This document shows positions 53,232 to 63,344 of a stretch of DNA of 64,000 bases, piece by piece (position 1 is the stretch's first letter; every line of letters begins with the position of its first letter). Source of the DNA: an uncultured Clostridia bacterium. GTDB lineage: Bacteria > Bacillota > Clostridia > Oscillospirales > CAG-272. The notes under the pieces were generated by a model that was given only the letters and a program-made list of their open reading frames with translations, was not told where the DNA came from and made no database searches. Made by a program: the position numbers and the translations under genes. The stretch covers positions 72,647-136,646 of the forward strand of contig CANRMP010000007.1 in assembly GCA_947631765.1 (NCBI GenBank). Direction: 5' to 3'.

Positions 53232-55355
53232 ATGTCGGATAAAATATGGCGTCAGAGAAGTGAATATACGGTGTCCTCACCGGAGGTGTCGGAGCTTGCC
53301 TCAAAGCTTGGTATTACGCCCGTCACGGCTCTTTTGCTTTATAACCGCAATGTGCGCGACATCGAGAGCGCAAAAAAGTTTATAAGGCTCTCGGACAGCT
53401 GTATATACGACCCTTTTCTTATTAAAGATATGGATAAAGCGGCAACTCGTATATTAAAGGCGGTCGAAAACGGTGAAAAAATCGTTATATACGGCGACTA
53501 TGACGTTGACGGAGTTACCTCGGTCAGCATTTTATATATGTACCTTTCGTGGCTCGGAAGCCGCCCGAGCTATTATATCCCCGGCAGGGCTAAGGAAGGA
53601 TACGGAGTCAATAACGAAGCTATAGACAAAATATCGCAAGAAGGCGCCTCGCTTATAATAACGGTCGATACCGGTATTACCGCCTTTGATGAGGCAAAAT
53701 ACGCCAACACGCTCGGGATTGACATGGTTATAACCGATCACCATGAGTGTCCGGAGCTTTTGCCCGAGGCGTTGGCAGTCGTTAACATAAAGAGAGGCGA
53801 CTGTCCCTATCCGTTTAAAGAGCTTGCGGGAGTGGGCGTTGTCTTTAAGCTTATATGTGCCATGGAAATATCGCTCAGCAAAAGCGAGGACGAAAAAGAA
53901 AAGCGCCTTGCAAAGGTTTTTGAAAAATACATTGACCTTGTGGCAATAGGAACTGTTGCCGACGTTATGCCGCTTGTGGATGAAAACCGGCTTTTTGTGA
54001 GCATGGGGCTTTCGTCTATGAAAAAAAACATAAGACCGTGTATCAGAATGCTGCTTGAAGCTTCGGGCAGTAAAATAGCCCTCGGAAATGACACCTCGGC
54101 GCTCTCCTCCTCGACTATAAGCTATACCTTGGCTCCGAGAATAAACGCCGCGGGAAGAATGGAAAGCGCCCAAAGCGCGGTCGAATTTTTCCTTTCGGAC
54201 GACTCTGAAAAGTCAAGGGAGCTTGCGATAAAGCTTTGCGATATAAATCGCCGCAGACAAGAGGAAGAAAATCTTATCGTCGATTCCGCAGTGAAAAAAA
54301 TGGGCAAAATAACAGAGGACACAAGGATTATTGTGCTTTCCGAAAGGGATTGGAGCAGCGGAGTTATCGGAATTGTGGCGTCAAGAATCACCGAACGCTT
54401 CGGTCTGCCCTGTATTATAATATCCTTTGACGAAAACGGAGTAGGTAAGGGATCGGGACGGAGCATTAAGGGAGTAAATCTTGTTGAAGCCCTGTCCGCC
54501 TGTTCCGATCTGCTCATAAAATTCGGAGGACATTCCCTGGCTGCCGGACTGACAATAAGTTCCGAAAATCTTGAAAAGTTTATAAGCCGCATAAACGGGT
54601 ATATAAAGTCGCACAGCGAAAATATTTCCCTTGTCCCCACAATAGAATACGAGGCGGAGCTTTCGTCACGGGAAATATCCATAAAGCAGGTAAAAGAGCA
54701 GGAAATGCTCGAACCCTTCGGCGTTTCCAATCCTATACCGGTGTTTCGAATTTGCGGGGCGCTTGTTGAAGATATTATGGAGCTTGCGGGCGGCAGGCAC
54801 ACAAAGCTCACGGTGTCAAAGGACGGCATATCGCATCAGGTACTGCTTTTCGGAGTGCCGAGAAGCACTCTTGATATTATTGTAAGTGACAGGGTGGACG
54901 TGCTTTTTTGCATGTCGTTAAATCAATACAAAATGACCACCTCGGTTCAGCTGATAGCGCGCGATATAAAGCTTTGCCGCAATGATGTAACAAGTGACGA
55001 AAGAAAAAAATATTCCGAGCTTATGGCGGGGGCAACACATTATCGGGATGAAGATCTCCTGCCCTCAAGAGACGAGCTTGCAATGGTCTACCGATACATA
55101 AGGGAAAAATCGGGTCATACAAGAGACGATTATATCTCGGTAAGAGAGATAATTTCCGCGTGCGGTGTGAGATTAGGGTACGTCAAGACCAAAATCGCCG
55201 TAAACGTGCTTTGTGATTCGGAGCTCATACACATGGAAAGTCACGATAAAAATAACGATATTTATCATATCGGCATAAACTATGTTAAAAATAAGGTGGA
55301 TATAGAAAAATCACCTCTGCTTGTAAGGCTCCGCGCCAATATGATAAAAAGGTAA
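53232..55355 (+). CDS. recJ: Single-stranded-DNA-specific exonuclease RecJ
   Basis: DHH motifs are present (IYGDYDVDGVTS, ITVDTGI, VITDHH), as is the DHHA1 string GGHSLAAG. Confidence 0.92.
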   Translation: MSDKIWRQRSEYTVSSPEVSELASKLGITPVTALLLYNRNVRDIESAKKFIRLSDSCIYDPFLIKDMDKAATRILKAVENGEKIVIYGDYDVDGVTSVSILYMYLSWLGSRPSYYIPGRAKEGYGVNNEAIDKISQEGASLIITVDTGITAFDEAKYANTLGIDMVITDHHECPELLPEALAVVNIKRGDCPYPFKELAGVGVVFKLICAMEISLSKSEDEKEKRLAKVFEKYIDLVAIGTVADVMPLVDENRLFVSMGLSSMKKNIRPCIRMLLEASGSKIALGNDTSALSSSTISYTLAPRINAAGRMESAQSAVEFFLSDDSEKSRELAIKLCDINRRRQEEENLIVDSAVKKMGKITEDTRIIVLSERDWSSGVIGIVASRITERFGLPCIIISFDENGVGKGSGRSIKGVNLVEALSACSDLLIKFGGHSLAAGLTISSENLEKFISRINGYIKSHSENISLVPTIEYEAELSSREISIKQVKEQEMLEPFGVSNPIPVFRICGALVEDIMELAGGRHTKLTVSKDGISHQVLLFGVPRSTLDIIVSDRVDVLFCMSLNQYKMTTSVQLIARDIKLCRNDVTSDERKKYSELMAGATHYRDEDLLPSRDELAMVYRYIREKSGHTRDDYISVREIISACGVRLGYVKTKIAVNVLCDSELIHMESHDKNNDIYHIGINYVKNKVDIEKSPLLVRLRANMIKR

Positions 55356-55396
55356 ACCATCGGAGCCGATAATAACGAAAGGAAACGTCACGAAAA

Positions 55397-57595
55397 ATGT
55401 GCACGGATATTGACGCTTTAGTAAAAATACTTTGCGAGACGCGCAACAGCTATGATATTGAAAAAATCAGGCGCGCATACAACTACGCAAAAGACCTGCA
55501 CGAAGGGCAGTTCAGGGTAAGCGGAGAGCCCTATATTATGCATCCGCTTGCCGTGGCTGAGATAGTTGCGTCTTTGGGGCTTGACACCGATTCGATTTGC
55601 GCCGCTCTGCTTCACGACACGGTGGAGGACTGCGGGATAACCATTCAGAATATAAACAGCGAGTTCGGAAAAGACGTGGCAATGCTGGTCGACGGACTTA
55701 CAAAGCTTGTTCACATTCCTTTTGAAGATAAAGAAGAAGAGCAGATGGAAAATTTGCGCAAGATGTTCCTTGCAATGTCCAAGGACGTCCGCGTTATCTT
55801 CATTAAGCTGTGCGACAGACTTCACAATATGCGCACACTCTCCGCAAAAGGAGACGACAAGCGAAGAAAGACCGCTCTTGAAACCATGCAGGTCTATGCG
55901 CCGCTCGCTCACAGGCTCGGTATGCAAAGAATAAAGCAGGAGCTTGAAAACCTCGCTCTGTCATATCTTGACCCTATAGGATATGCCGAGGTGAAGGGAA
56001 GCATTGAAAAAAAGTACGGTCAAAACCGTAATTTTATAGCAAACATAAAAGAGCAGATAACTCAAAAATTGACCGAGCAGGGCTTTAATTTCCAGCTTGA
56101 CGGAAGAGTGAAGAGCGTTTACTCCATCTATCGCAAGATGTTCAATCAAAATAAGTCTCTTGATGAGATATACGATTTTTACGCCGTCAGGGTTATAACT
56201 CAAACCGAGCTTGAATGTTACACGGTGCTCGGTATTATCCACGACACCTTCAGGTCGATTCCCGGGCGCTTTAAGGACTATATTTCGACTCCGAAGCCCA
56301 ATATGTACCAGTCGCTTCACACAACGGTTATCGGAAGGGAGGGCATACCCTTTGAGGTGCAGATAAGAACTTGGCAGATGCATCAGATAGCCGAGTTCGG
56401 CGTTGCGGCGCACTGGAAATACAAATCGGGGGATCGAAGCAAGGAGGAGATAGACAATAAGCTCGGCTGGATTGCAAAGCTTATCGAAAGCGAGGACGAC
56501 ACAAAGGACCACGAGGAATTTATGCAAGCGCTGAAGGTGGACATCTTTCAGGACGAGGTTTTTGTGTTCACTCCCAAGGGGGACGTTATAAATCTTCCGC
56601 AGGACGCCACACTTATCGATTTCGCATATGCGATTCACACCGCCGTCGGCAACCGCATGATAGGCGCTAAGGTCAACGGCATGATAACTCCTATCGACAA
56701 GAGCCCACAAAACGGGGATATAGTCGAAATTATTACCAGCTCTTCCTCCAAAGGACCGTCAAGAGACTGGCTTAAAATCGTCAAAACCAGCGAAGCAAGA
56801 AACAAGATAAGGCAGTGGTTCAAGAAGGAAAAGCGCGCCGATAACATAGTTGTGGGGCGCGGAGAATTTGAAAAGGAGTTAAAGCGCTACGGGCGCCCTT
56901 ACACTGCCGAGCAGTTTGACGAGATATGCACAAACGTTGCGGCAAGGCTCGGTTATCACGGCTTTGAAGACCTTTTCAATATGGTCGGCTACGGCGGCAT
57001 TACAATGAGCAAGGTTGCCGCAAAGCTTAAGGACGAGTTTGACCGTGTGGTGCGCCCGATCGAGCCCGAACAGCAGGGCGACTTGCAGATACGCACAGTG
57101 GCAAAGCCCAAAAAGACCTCCTCCAAAAACGGCGTTATTGTTGACGGGGTTGAGGGCTGTGAGGTGAAATTCGCAAAGTGCTGCAATCCTCTTCCAGGCG
57201 ACAAGATAGTAGGATTTATAACCAAAGGATACGGCATCTCAATTCACAAGACCGACTGTCCCAACATTGAAAACCTCAGAAAAAAGGACGAAGAGGAAAG
57301 GCGCTTTGTCAGTGCATATTGGAACGCCGATGTTATTCAAAGTAAAAACGACAACAATATATTTGACGCATATATCCAGATATTTGCCGAAAACGATATG
57401 ATGCTGCTTGCCAACATTACAAACACTCTTGCCGATATGAGAGTGACGCTTCATCAAATCAACACCCAAATGAAAGAGGATAATTTCATAGTAAACCTTG
57501 TTATAAGCTGCAAAAATACCGATCATTTTAAGTCGATAATGTCAAGGCTTGCGGCTGTAAACGGGGTGAGAGCCGTCAAGAGAGGATTTTCGTAA
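55397..57595 (+). CDS. relA: Bifunctional (p)ppGpp synthetase/hydrolase (RelA/SpoT homologue)
   Basis: This 732-aa ORF has an HD hydrolase domain (HPLAVAEI..LHDTVED), a synthetase domain (YRSLHTTV-like QSLHTTVIG), and TGS and ACT regions. Confidence 0.95.
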   Translation: MCTDIDALVKILCETRNSYDIEKIRRAYNYAKDLHEGQFRVSGEPYIMHPLAVAEIVASLGLDTDSICAALLHDTVEDCGITIQNINSEFGKDVAMLVDGLTKLVHIPFEDKEEEQMENLRKMFLAMSKDVRVIFIKLCDRLHNMRTLSAKGDDKRRKTALETMQVYAPLAHRLGMQRIKQELENLALSYLDPIGYAEVKGSIEKKYGQNRNFIANIKEQITQKLTEQGFNFQLDGRVKSVYSIYRKMFNQNKSLDEIYDFYAVRVITQTELECYTVLGIIHDTFRSIPGRFKDYISTPKPNMYQSLHTTVIGREGIPFEVQIRTWQMHQIAEFGVAAHWKYKSGDRSKEEIDNKLGWIAKLIESEDDTKDHEEFMQALKVDIFQDEVFVFTPKGDVINLPQDATLIDFAYAIHTAVGNRMIGAKVNGMITPIDKSPQNGDIVEIITSSSSKGPSRDWLKIVKTSEARNKIRQWFKKEKRADNIVVGRGEFEKELKRYGRPYTAEQFDEICTNVAARLGYHGFEDLFNMVGYGGITMSKVAAKLKDEFDRVVRPIEPEQQGDLQIRTVAKPKKTSSKNGVIVDGVEGCEVKFAKCCNPLPGDKIVGFITKGYGISIHKTDCPNIENLRKKDEEERRFVSAYWNADVIQSKNDNNIFDAYIQIFAENDMMLLANITNTLADMRVTLHQINTQMKEDNFIVNLVISCKNTDHFKSIMSRLAAVNGVRAVKRGFS

Positions 57596-58056
57596 TGATT
57601 GCGGTTATACAAAGAGTGAGCAGTGCAAGGGTCACGGTGGACGGGAATATCACCGGAAGCTGCGGTAAGGGATACGCCATATTGTTAGGGGTCTCAAAAG
57701 AGGACACAAAGGAGGACGCCACACTCCTTGCGGCAAAAATATCAAAGCTTCGTATATTTGAGGACGAAGAGGGTAAAATGAACCTTTCGATAAACGATAT
57801 TAAGGGAGACGCCGTAGTGGTATCGCAGTTTACCCTGCTTGCAAGCTACAAAAAGGGCAACCGTCCGGACTATTTTAACGCGGCGCCGCCCGAGGCGGCA
57901 AACGAGCTTTATCGGTTTTTCATCTCGGAGCTTGACTCCTTGATGCTCGGAAATATCGGCTGCGGAGTGTTCGGAGCGCATATGGTGTATGAGATAATAA
58001 ACGACGGTCCATGCACCATAGTGATGGACAGCAATCTGCTGAAAACTAAAAAATAA
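57595..58056 (+). CDS. dtd: D-aminoacyl-tRNA deacylase
   Basis: This 153-aa ORF has MIAVIQRVSSARV and SQFTLLA. Its start overlaps the relA stop as TAATG. Confidence 0.92.
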   Translation: MIAVIQRVSSARVTVDGNITGSCGKGYAILLGVSKEDTKEDATLLAAKISKLRIFEDEEGKMNLSINDIKGDAVVVSQFTLLASYKKGNRPDYFNAAPPEAANELYRFFISELDSLMLGNIGCGVFGAHMVYEIINDGPCTIVMDSNLLKTKK

Positions 58057-58072
58057 AAGGTAATAAAAACAC

Positions 58073-59557
58073 ATGAAGCTTATAATTAACGGCGACGTAA
58101 GCCGTTACTACGTTCAAAATCTCTGCCTTATATATTTTCCCGGCTCGAAATTTTCCGAACATGAGGAAATAACCGACGACACCCCTATAGTTAACGTGAA
58201 CGTTGACGAAAGGGAAGACGGGGTATATTCGAGCGCCTTTATGAAGGTCGGGGAGCTGACAAGCTCTTTTGAGGCTTTCGAAAGGTACAAAAAGGGCTTT
58301 ACAAAGGACAGAATAAAGGAAATAGCGGTGGGAAAGGCGGTCTTTTCCGCGGGAGAAAAATTTTTCGGCTACACTCCTTCATGGGGAATTATAATAGGTA
58401 TCAGACCCACCAAGATTGCAAGACAGCTCTTGAAGGACGGAAATGACCCGGCGCAGATAAGAAAGATTCTCAGAAATGAGTATCTGCTAAATCCCAAAAA
58501 AGCGGCGCTACTTACAAGCATAACTTTAAATGAGGCAAAAATTATAGACGACATAGGGGAAAACACCTGCTCCCTTTATATTTCCATTCCTTTTTGCCCG
58601 ACAAGGTGCGTATATTGCTCCTTTGTTTCCTTTGCGACAAAGCGACTTCTTTCGATGATTCCCGATTATATGGAGCGACTGCTGCGTGATATCGACAGAG
58701 TTACCTCGATTATTAAGGATAACGGGCTGAAGCTTACCACCCTTTACATAGGGGGCGGAACGCCCACTACGCTTAGTCAAAGTCAGCTTATTTCGCTTTT
58801 TGAAAAATTGCACCGGCAAATCGATATAAGCTCTCTAAAGGAATTTTCTATAGAGGCGGGCAGACCTGATACAATAAACGCCGAAAATCTCAAAATTATC
58901 AAGGATTACGGCGTAAACAGAATAAGCATAAATCCCCAGACTCTCAATGACGCGGTGCTCAGATGCATCGGCAGATGCCACACCGTCGAGGATTTTTACA
59001 GAGCCTATGAGCTTGCCCGTGAGTCGGGAATACAGTATATCAACACCGATCTTATTGCGGGACTGCCCGGCGACAGCTATCGCGGCTTTTCAAAAACGGT
59101 GGATGAGATTTTAAAGCTCTCCCCCGACAACGTCACGGTACACACGTTCAGCGTAAAAAAAGGAGCCGACATAGTGCACTCCGGTTCGGAGGTTTACAGA
59201 CCCAACGCCGGCGACGCCCAAAAGAGCGTGGATTACTCCCAGCTAAGGCTGAGAAACCACGGCTACAGCCCCTACTATCTTTACAGACAGAGAAACACGG
59301 TGGGCAATCTTGAAAACGTGGGCTATGCGTTGCCCGAAAAAGAAGGACTTTACAATATTTACATCATGGAGGAGCTTCATCATATCTTTGCCGTGGGCGC
59401 GGGAGCCGTCACAAAGCTTGTGGATTTCAAAAAGCCGAAAATCGAGCGGATATTTATGCCCAAGTACCCTTATGAGTATCTTTCACAAAAGCACGAAAAG
59501 GACTTTTTGGAAAACTACAGAGTAAAGGTTGAAGCCTTTCTTTCATCCATGAAATAA
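58073..59557 (+). CDS. hemZ: Radical SAM coproporphyrinogen dehydrogenase-like protein (HemZ type)
   Basis: This 494-aa ORF has the radical SAM motif CPTRCVYCSF, and its N-terminal extension is typical of HemZ. Confidence 0.8.
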   Translation: MKLIINGDVSRYYVQNLCLIYFPGSKFSEHEEITDDTPIVNVNVDEREDGVYSSAFMKVGELTSSFEAFERYKKGFTKDRIKEIAVGKAVFSAGEKFFGYTPSWGIIIGIRPTKIARQLLKDGNDPAQIRKILRNEYLLNPKKAALLTSITLNEAKIIDDIGENTCSLYISIPFCPTRCVYCSFVSFATKRLLSMIPDYMERLLRDIDRVTSIIKDNGLKLTTLYIGGGTPTTLSQSQLISLFEKLHRQIDISSLKEFSIEAGRPDTINAENLKIIKDYGVNRISINPQTLNDAVLRCIGRCHTVEDFYRAYELARESGIQYINTDLIAGLPGDSYRGFSKTVDEILKLSPDNVTVHTFSVKKGADIVHSGSEVYRPNAGDAQKSVDYSQLRLRNHGYSPYYLYRQRNTVGNLENVGYALPEKEGLYNIYIMEELHHIFAVGAGAVTKLVDFKKPKIERIFMPKYPYEYLSQKHEKDFLENYRVKVEAFLSSMK

Positions 59558-59625
59558 ACATAACGTCAAACCAAAACGAATAAACTAATATACAGCTTTA
59601 TTGTGTTTTCGGAGATGTTATGTAT

Positions 59626-61224
59626 ATGAAAAAAAACGAAAAATCCCGCCGCAGGTCGGCGACTGCCGGAAAGGTCGCCTACGGAGTGTTTGTCCTATCA
59701 CTTTCCGGAATACTTGTGAAGGTTATAGGACTGCTCTTTAAAATACCGCTTACCAATATGATAGGCGAGAGCGGGATGGGCTATTTCAATTCGGCGTATA
59801 CCGTATATTCGTTTTTCTATATTCTCTCGACAGCCGGGCTTCCGATAGCTCTATCCATTATGATATCCTCAAGCCGGCAAAAGCAAATTCAAAAGAGAGT
59901 TTTTAATACCGCTCTGGCGCTTTTTGCGCTTATGGGAGTGCTTCTCTCATGCCTTATGCTTTTAGGCGCCGGTCTGCTCTCAGATTTTATTTCGAATCCC
60001 GACGCGGTATACTCAATAATGACCATGGCTCCCTGCCTGCTTTTTGTGTGTATTGCAAGCGCGTACAGAGGTTATTTTCAGGGCTGTCAGTCGATGCTTC
60101 AAACAGCGCTCTCACAGCTTATAGAGGCGGCGGGAAAGCTGATACTCGGTATGCTTTTGGCTCTTTGGGCAATAAGGCGCGGCTTTTCTTCACCTATTGT
60201 CGCCGCCTTTGCGGTGCTTGGAATAACGCTCGGCTCGGGTATTTCCATGCTTTATCTTGTAGTAGCAAGGCGCTTTTTCAGAGGCGACGCACTTGACGCA
60301 AACGAGAGCGAGGGCGAAGAAAATACAAAGGTGCGCACGATATTAAAAAAGCTTATTAAGCTCTCCGTTCCGATTACCGCAAGCTCCGCCGTGCTCTCCC
60401 TTTCGGGACTTCTTGATCTTGCAGTCGTTATGAGGCGGCTTCAGCAGACAGGGTACTCTGCCGAGCTTGCAAACGCGCTTTACGGAAATTACACCTCTCT
60501 TGCCGTGCCTCTTTTCAACATGCCGGCAGTGCTTATAACTCCGATTTCCTGCGCTCTTGTGCCGTATATTGCAAAGGCAATATCGACGGGAGAGAGAAAA
60601 AAGGCGATAAGCGGAGCCCAAAACTGTTTAAAGTACGCGACAATTATCGGAATAGCCTCCTCGGTGGGGCTTTCGGTGCTCTCGGAACCGATACTGAGGC
60701 TTATATTCAGCGATACTTTGGCAAAATCGGCGGCGCCGTTGCTCTCAATATTGGCAATCTCGGTGATTTTTGTCGCTTACACCAACGTTACGGTATCAAT
60801 TATGCAGTCCTCAGGCTTTATGCTGCTTCCAATTGCTTCAATGGCGACAGGAGGGGTAATAAAGCTTGTCGGAGCGTGGTTTTTTGTCGGCAATTTCGGC
60901 ATTGCGGGAGCGCCGATGTCAACTCTTCTATGCTATTTGACAATGTCTGTTATTAATTTTGCACTGCTTGACAGTAAACTGAATATAAGAATAAATATTG
61001 CCCGCATGATATTTATCCCCCTTGTGGCGTCTCTTTGCTGTGCACTTTCGGCAAGCTTTACTTACATCGTACTTGAAGGAAAAATGCACAGTGCAGCCTG
61101 CCTGCCCGCAATAGTAATAGGCGGCGCTGTGTATCTTGCACTTCTTTTTGTCTTCGGATATATAAAAAAAGAAGAGCTTCAAAGGCTCCCGATAGTGAGA
61201 AAATTTGCGGGCAAAGCCGAATAA
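59626..61224 (+). CDS. MOP-superfamily flippase, SpoVB/YabM-like
   Basis: It is a polytopic protein of about 14 TM helices. It sits directly before mazG-yabO-yabP-yabQ-divIC, as yabM does in Bacillus subtilis. Confidence 0.8.
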   Translation: MKKNEKSRRRSATAGKVAYGVFVLSLSGILVKVIGLLFKIPLTNMIGESGMGYFNSAYTVYSFFYILSTAGLPIALSIMISSSRQKQIQKRVFNTALALFALMGVLLSCLMLLGAGLLSDFISNPDAVYSIMTMAPCLLFVCIASAYRGYFQGCQSMLQTALSQLIEAAGKLILGMLLALWAIRRGFSSPIVAAFAVLGITLGSGISMLYLVVARRFFRGDALDANESEGEENTKVRTILKKLIKLSVPITASSAVLSLSGLLDLAVVMRRLQQTGYSAELANALYGNYTSLAVPLFNMPAVLITPISCALVPYIAKAISTGERKKAISGAQNCLKYATIIGIASSVGLSVLSEPILRLIFSDTLAKSAAPLLSILAISVIFVAYTNVTVSIMQSSGFMLLPIASMATGGVIKLVGAWFFVGNFGIAGAPMSTLLCYLTMSVINFALLDSKLNIRINIARMIFIPLVASLCCALSASFTYIVLEGKMHSAACLPAIVIGGAVYLALLFVFGYIKKEELQRLPIVRKFAGKAE

Positions 61225-61249
61225 TTGTTATATGAAAGGAAAAACAAAA

Positions 61250-61924
61250 ATGGATATCGAAAAGAAAAAGGAAGAATTAAAAAACAAAGAGAGACATAAT
61301 ATACACGACCTTGTTGACATAATGGTGCTGCTCCGAGGGGAGGGAGGCTGTGCGTGGGACAGGGAACAGACTCACGAAAGTATTCGAACCAATCTTATAG
61401 AAGAGACTTATGAGGTTGTCGAGGCTATTGATAAAAGCGATATGGCGCTTATGAGGGAAGAGCTTGGAGACCTGCTTCTTCAAGTGGTTTTTCACGCGCG
61501 TATTGCCGAGGAAGAGGGTTATTTTAATTTTGACGACGTGGCAAACGACATATGCGCCAAGCTCATTTTGAGGCATCCTCACGTATTCGGAGACATAAAG
61601 GCGGACACTGCCGAAAAGGTCCTTGACAACTGGGACAAAATTAAAATGAAGAGCAAGGACCAAAAAACCTCAAGGGAGGTGCTTGAGAGCGTTTCAAAAT
61701 CGCTCCCCTCGCTTATGCGCGCGCAAAAGCTCGCCTCCAAGGTCAGAAAGCGGAGCATTGACGAGCTGACCCTCGAAGAGAGAATCGGAGAAACGCTGTT
61801 AAATCTCTCAATAATATGCGACAGAGAAAATATTGACGCGGAAAAAGCGCTGTATGACGCCTGCGAAAAATATATCGGTTCGGTTGCGGAGAATGAAAAG
61901 GAAGAAAATATAAATGAGACTTGA
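61250..61924 (+). CDS. mazG: MazG-family nucleoside triphosphate pyrophosphohydrolase
   Basis: The strings GCAWDREQTHESIRTNLIEETYEVVEAI and ELGDLLLQVVFHA match the family. I prefer Met16 with RBS AAAGGAAAA. Confidence 0.88.
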   Translation: MDIEKKKEELKNKERHNIHDLVDIMVLLRGEGGCAWDREQTHESIRTNLIEETYEVVEAIDKSDMALMREELGDLLLQVVFHARIAEEEGYFNFDDVANDICAKLILRHPHVFGDIKADTAEKVLDNWDKIKMKSKDQKTSREVLESVSKSLPSLMRAQKLASKVRKRSIDELTLEERIGETLLNLSIICDRENIDAEKALYDACEKYIGSVAENEKEENINET

Positions 61925-62156
61925 CAAATATCTTAAGGTATCAAGAATTATAAAAAGAAGAACGGTGGCAAACGACGCTTGCGACACCGACCATGTTTAC
62001 GTTAACGGAAAACAGGCAAAAGCCTCCTACAACGTAAAGGAAGGGGATATAATTGAGGTGGCGTTCGGCGCGCGTACTCTGAAAATCAAGGTTGTAAGCA
62101 CGTCCGAGCACATCGGAAAGGCGGAGGCATCATCAATGTATGAGGTGCTCTCCTGA
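61914..62156 (+). CDS. S4-domain RNA-binding protein (YabO/RqcP-like)
   Basis: This 80-aa ORF begins MRLDKYLKVSRIIKRRT and occupies the syntenic position. Confidence 0.85.
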   Translation: MRLDKYLKVSRIIKRRTVANDACDTDHVYVNGKQAKASYNVKEGDIIEVAFGARTLKIKVVSTSEHIGKAEASSMYEVLS

Positions 62157-62222
62157 GCTTTTGCTACTGACATAAAGTGGTATATTGCCGCATATAATTT
62201 ACAAAAAAGTGTGGTGATATAA

Positions 62223-62510
62223 ATGAATAACGGTTCGAAAATTCAGCAAAGCAAGGGATTTGGCAGTCATACGGTGAAGCTCGAGGACCGTAAAAAAATA
62301 GAACTCGGCGCAATTGAGGACGTGATAAGCTTTGACGAAGGCTCGGTCGTGCTCGGGTCGTCTCTCGGAGTGATAAGCATTGAGGGGGAGGGGCTTCACA
62401 TTCTCAAAATGAACGTGGACAGCGGAGAAATCATAATAGAAGGCAGAGTCAACGCCCTTATGTATATAGATAAAAGTACAAAGAAGAACGGACTGCTTCG
62501 GAAAAAATGA
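62223..62510 (+). CDS. yabP: Sporulation protein YabP
   Basis: This 95-aa ORF has HTVKLEDRKKIELGAIEDVISFDE and occupies the syntenic position. Confidence 0.88.
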   Translation: MNNGSKIQQSKGFGSHTVKLEDRKKIELGAIEDVISFDEGSVVLGSSLGVISIEGEGLHILKMNVDSGEIIIEGRVNALMYIDKSTKKNGLLRKK

Positions 62511-63046
62511 CGCAGGAGCTTTCGCAGACCGCTCTTGCCGCTCTTATGCTGACCGCTCTGACTGTCGGGTTTGTCTTCGGCGCGATTTACGATCTGCTAA
62601 GGATTCGAAGAATCGCCTGCAAAAAGGGAAAATCCGAGAAAAAACACTTGACATCTTTTATCGAAGCGTTTATAATCGGTATAGAGGACATTTTGTTCTT
62701 TATATTTCTCGGCTGTGTCACCTCTGTTATGTACTATGTGTTCAGCAGCGGAAGGGTGCGGCTTCTTGCAATTCTTTGCGAGTTTATCGGGTTTATAATT
62801 TATCGCCTGACGCTTGGCAGACTTGTCATGCTTGTGTCGGACATTATAATTTCCTTTATATATTTTCTGTGGAGAAAATTTGTCGCTTTTGTGATAATGC
62901 CGCCCGTGAATTTTGCAAAGAAAACAGCTTCAAAAGTCTTTGCAAGTATCGCAAGGAGCTACAGAAAAGTCGGGAGACGGCGCTTTTCTAATAAGATGAA
63001 AAAAAGCCTTATTAAAGCTTCAAGGGGCGGAATGCTCGGCTTTTAA
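62507..63046 (+). CDS. yabQ: Spore cortex biosynthesis protein YabQ
   Basis: This 179-aa membrane protein has an ATGA overlap with yabP and occupies the syntenic position. Confidence 0.75.
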   Translation: MTQELSQTALAALMLTALTVGFVFGAIYDLLRIRRIACKKGKSEKKHLTSFIEAFIIGIEDILFFIFLGCVTSVMYYVFSSGRVRLLAILCEFIGFIIYRLTLGRLVMLVSDIIISFIYFLWRKFVAFVIMPPVNFAKKTASKVFASIARSYRKVGRRRFSNKMKKSLIKASRGGMLGF

Positions 63047-63063
63047 GGCCGGAAGGTAATGAT

Positions 63064-63342
63064 ATGAAAAATAGAAGCGGTTTATTTATGAGGTTACTCG
63101 GCATTGTGGGGATTATTTTGATTCTCGCAATGGTGCTTGGTGTTCAAATGAGGCTTGACGAGCTCGAAGAGCAGAAAAACGAGCTTTATGAAGAAGTCGA
63201 AAGGCAGGCTGACAAGGTTGAAGAATTGCAATATGAGATAAAACGCCCGATTGACGACGCCTTTTTAATTGAGCTTGCAAGAGAAAAGCTCGGATATTAT
63301 CAATACGACGATACTATTTTTTACTATAGCCGCGGTGAATGA
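63064..63342 (+). CDS. divIC: Septum formation initiator (DivIC/FtsB family)
   Basis: This 92-aa ORF has one TM helix, a coiled coil (LDELEEQKNELYEEVERQADKVEELQYEI) and the string ELAREKLGY. Confidence 0.85.
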   Translation: MKNRSGLFMRLLGIVGIILILAMVLGVQMRLDELEEQKNELYEEVERQADKVEELQYEIKRPIDDAFLIELAREKLGYYQYDDTIFYYSRGE

Positions 63343-63344
63343 AA

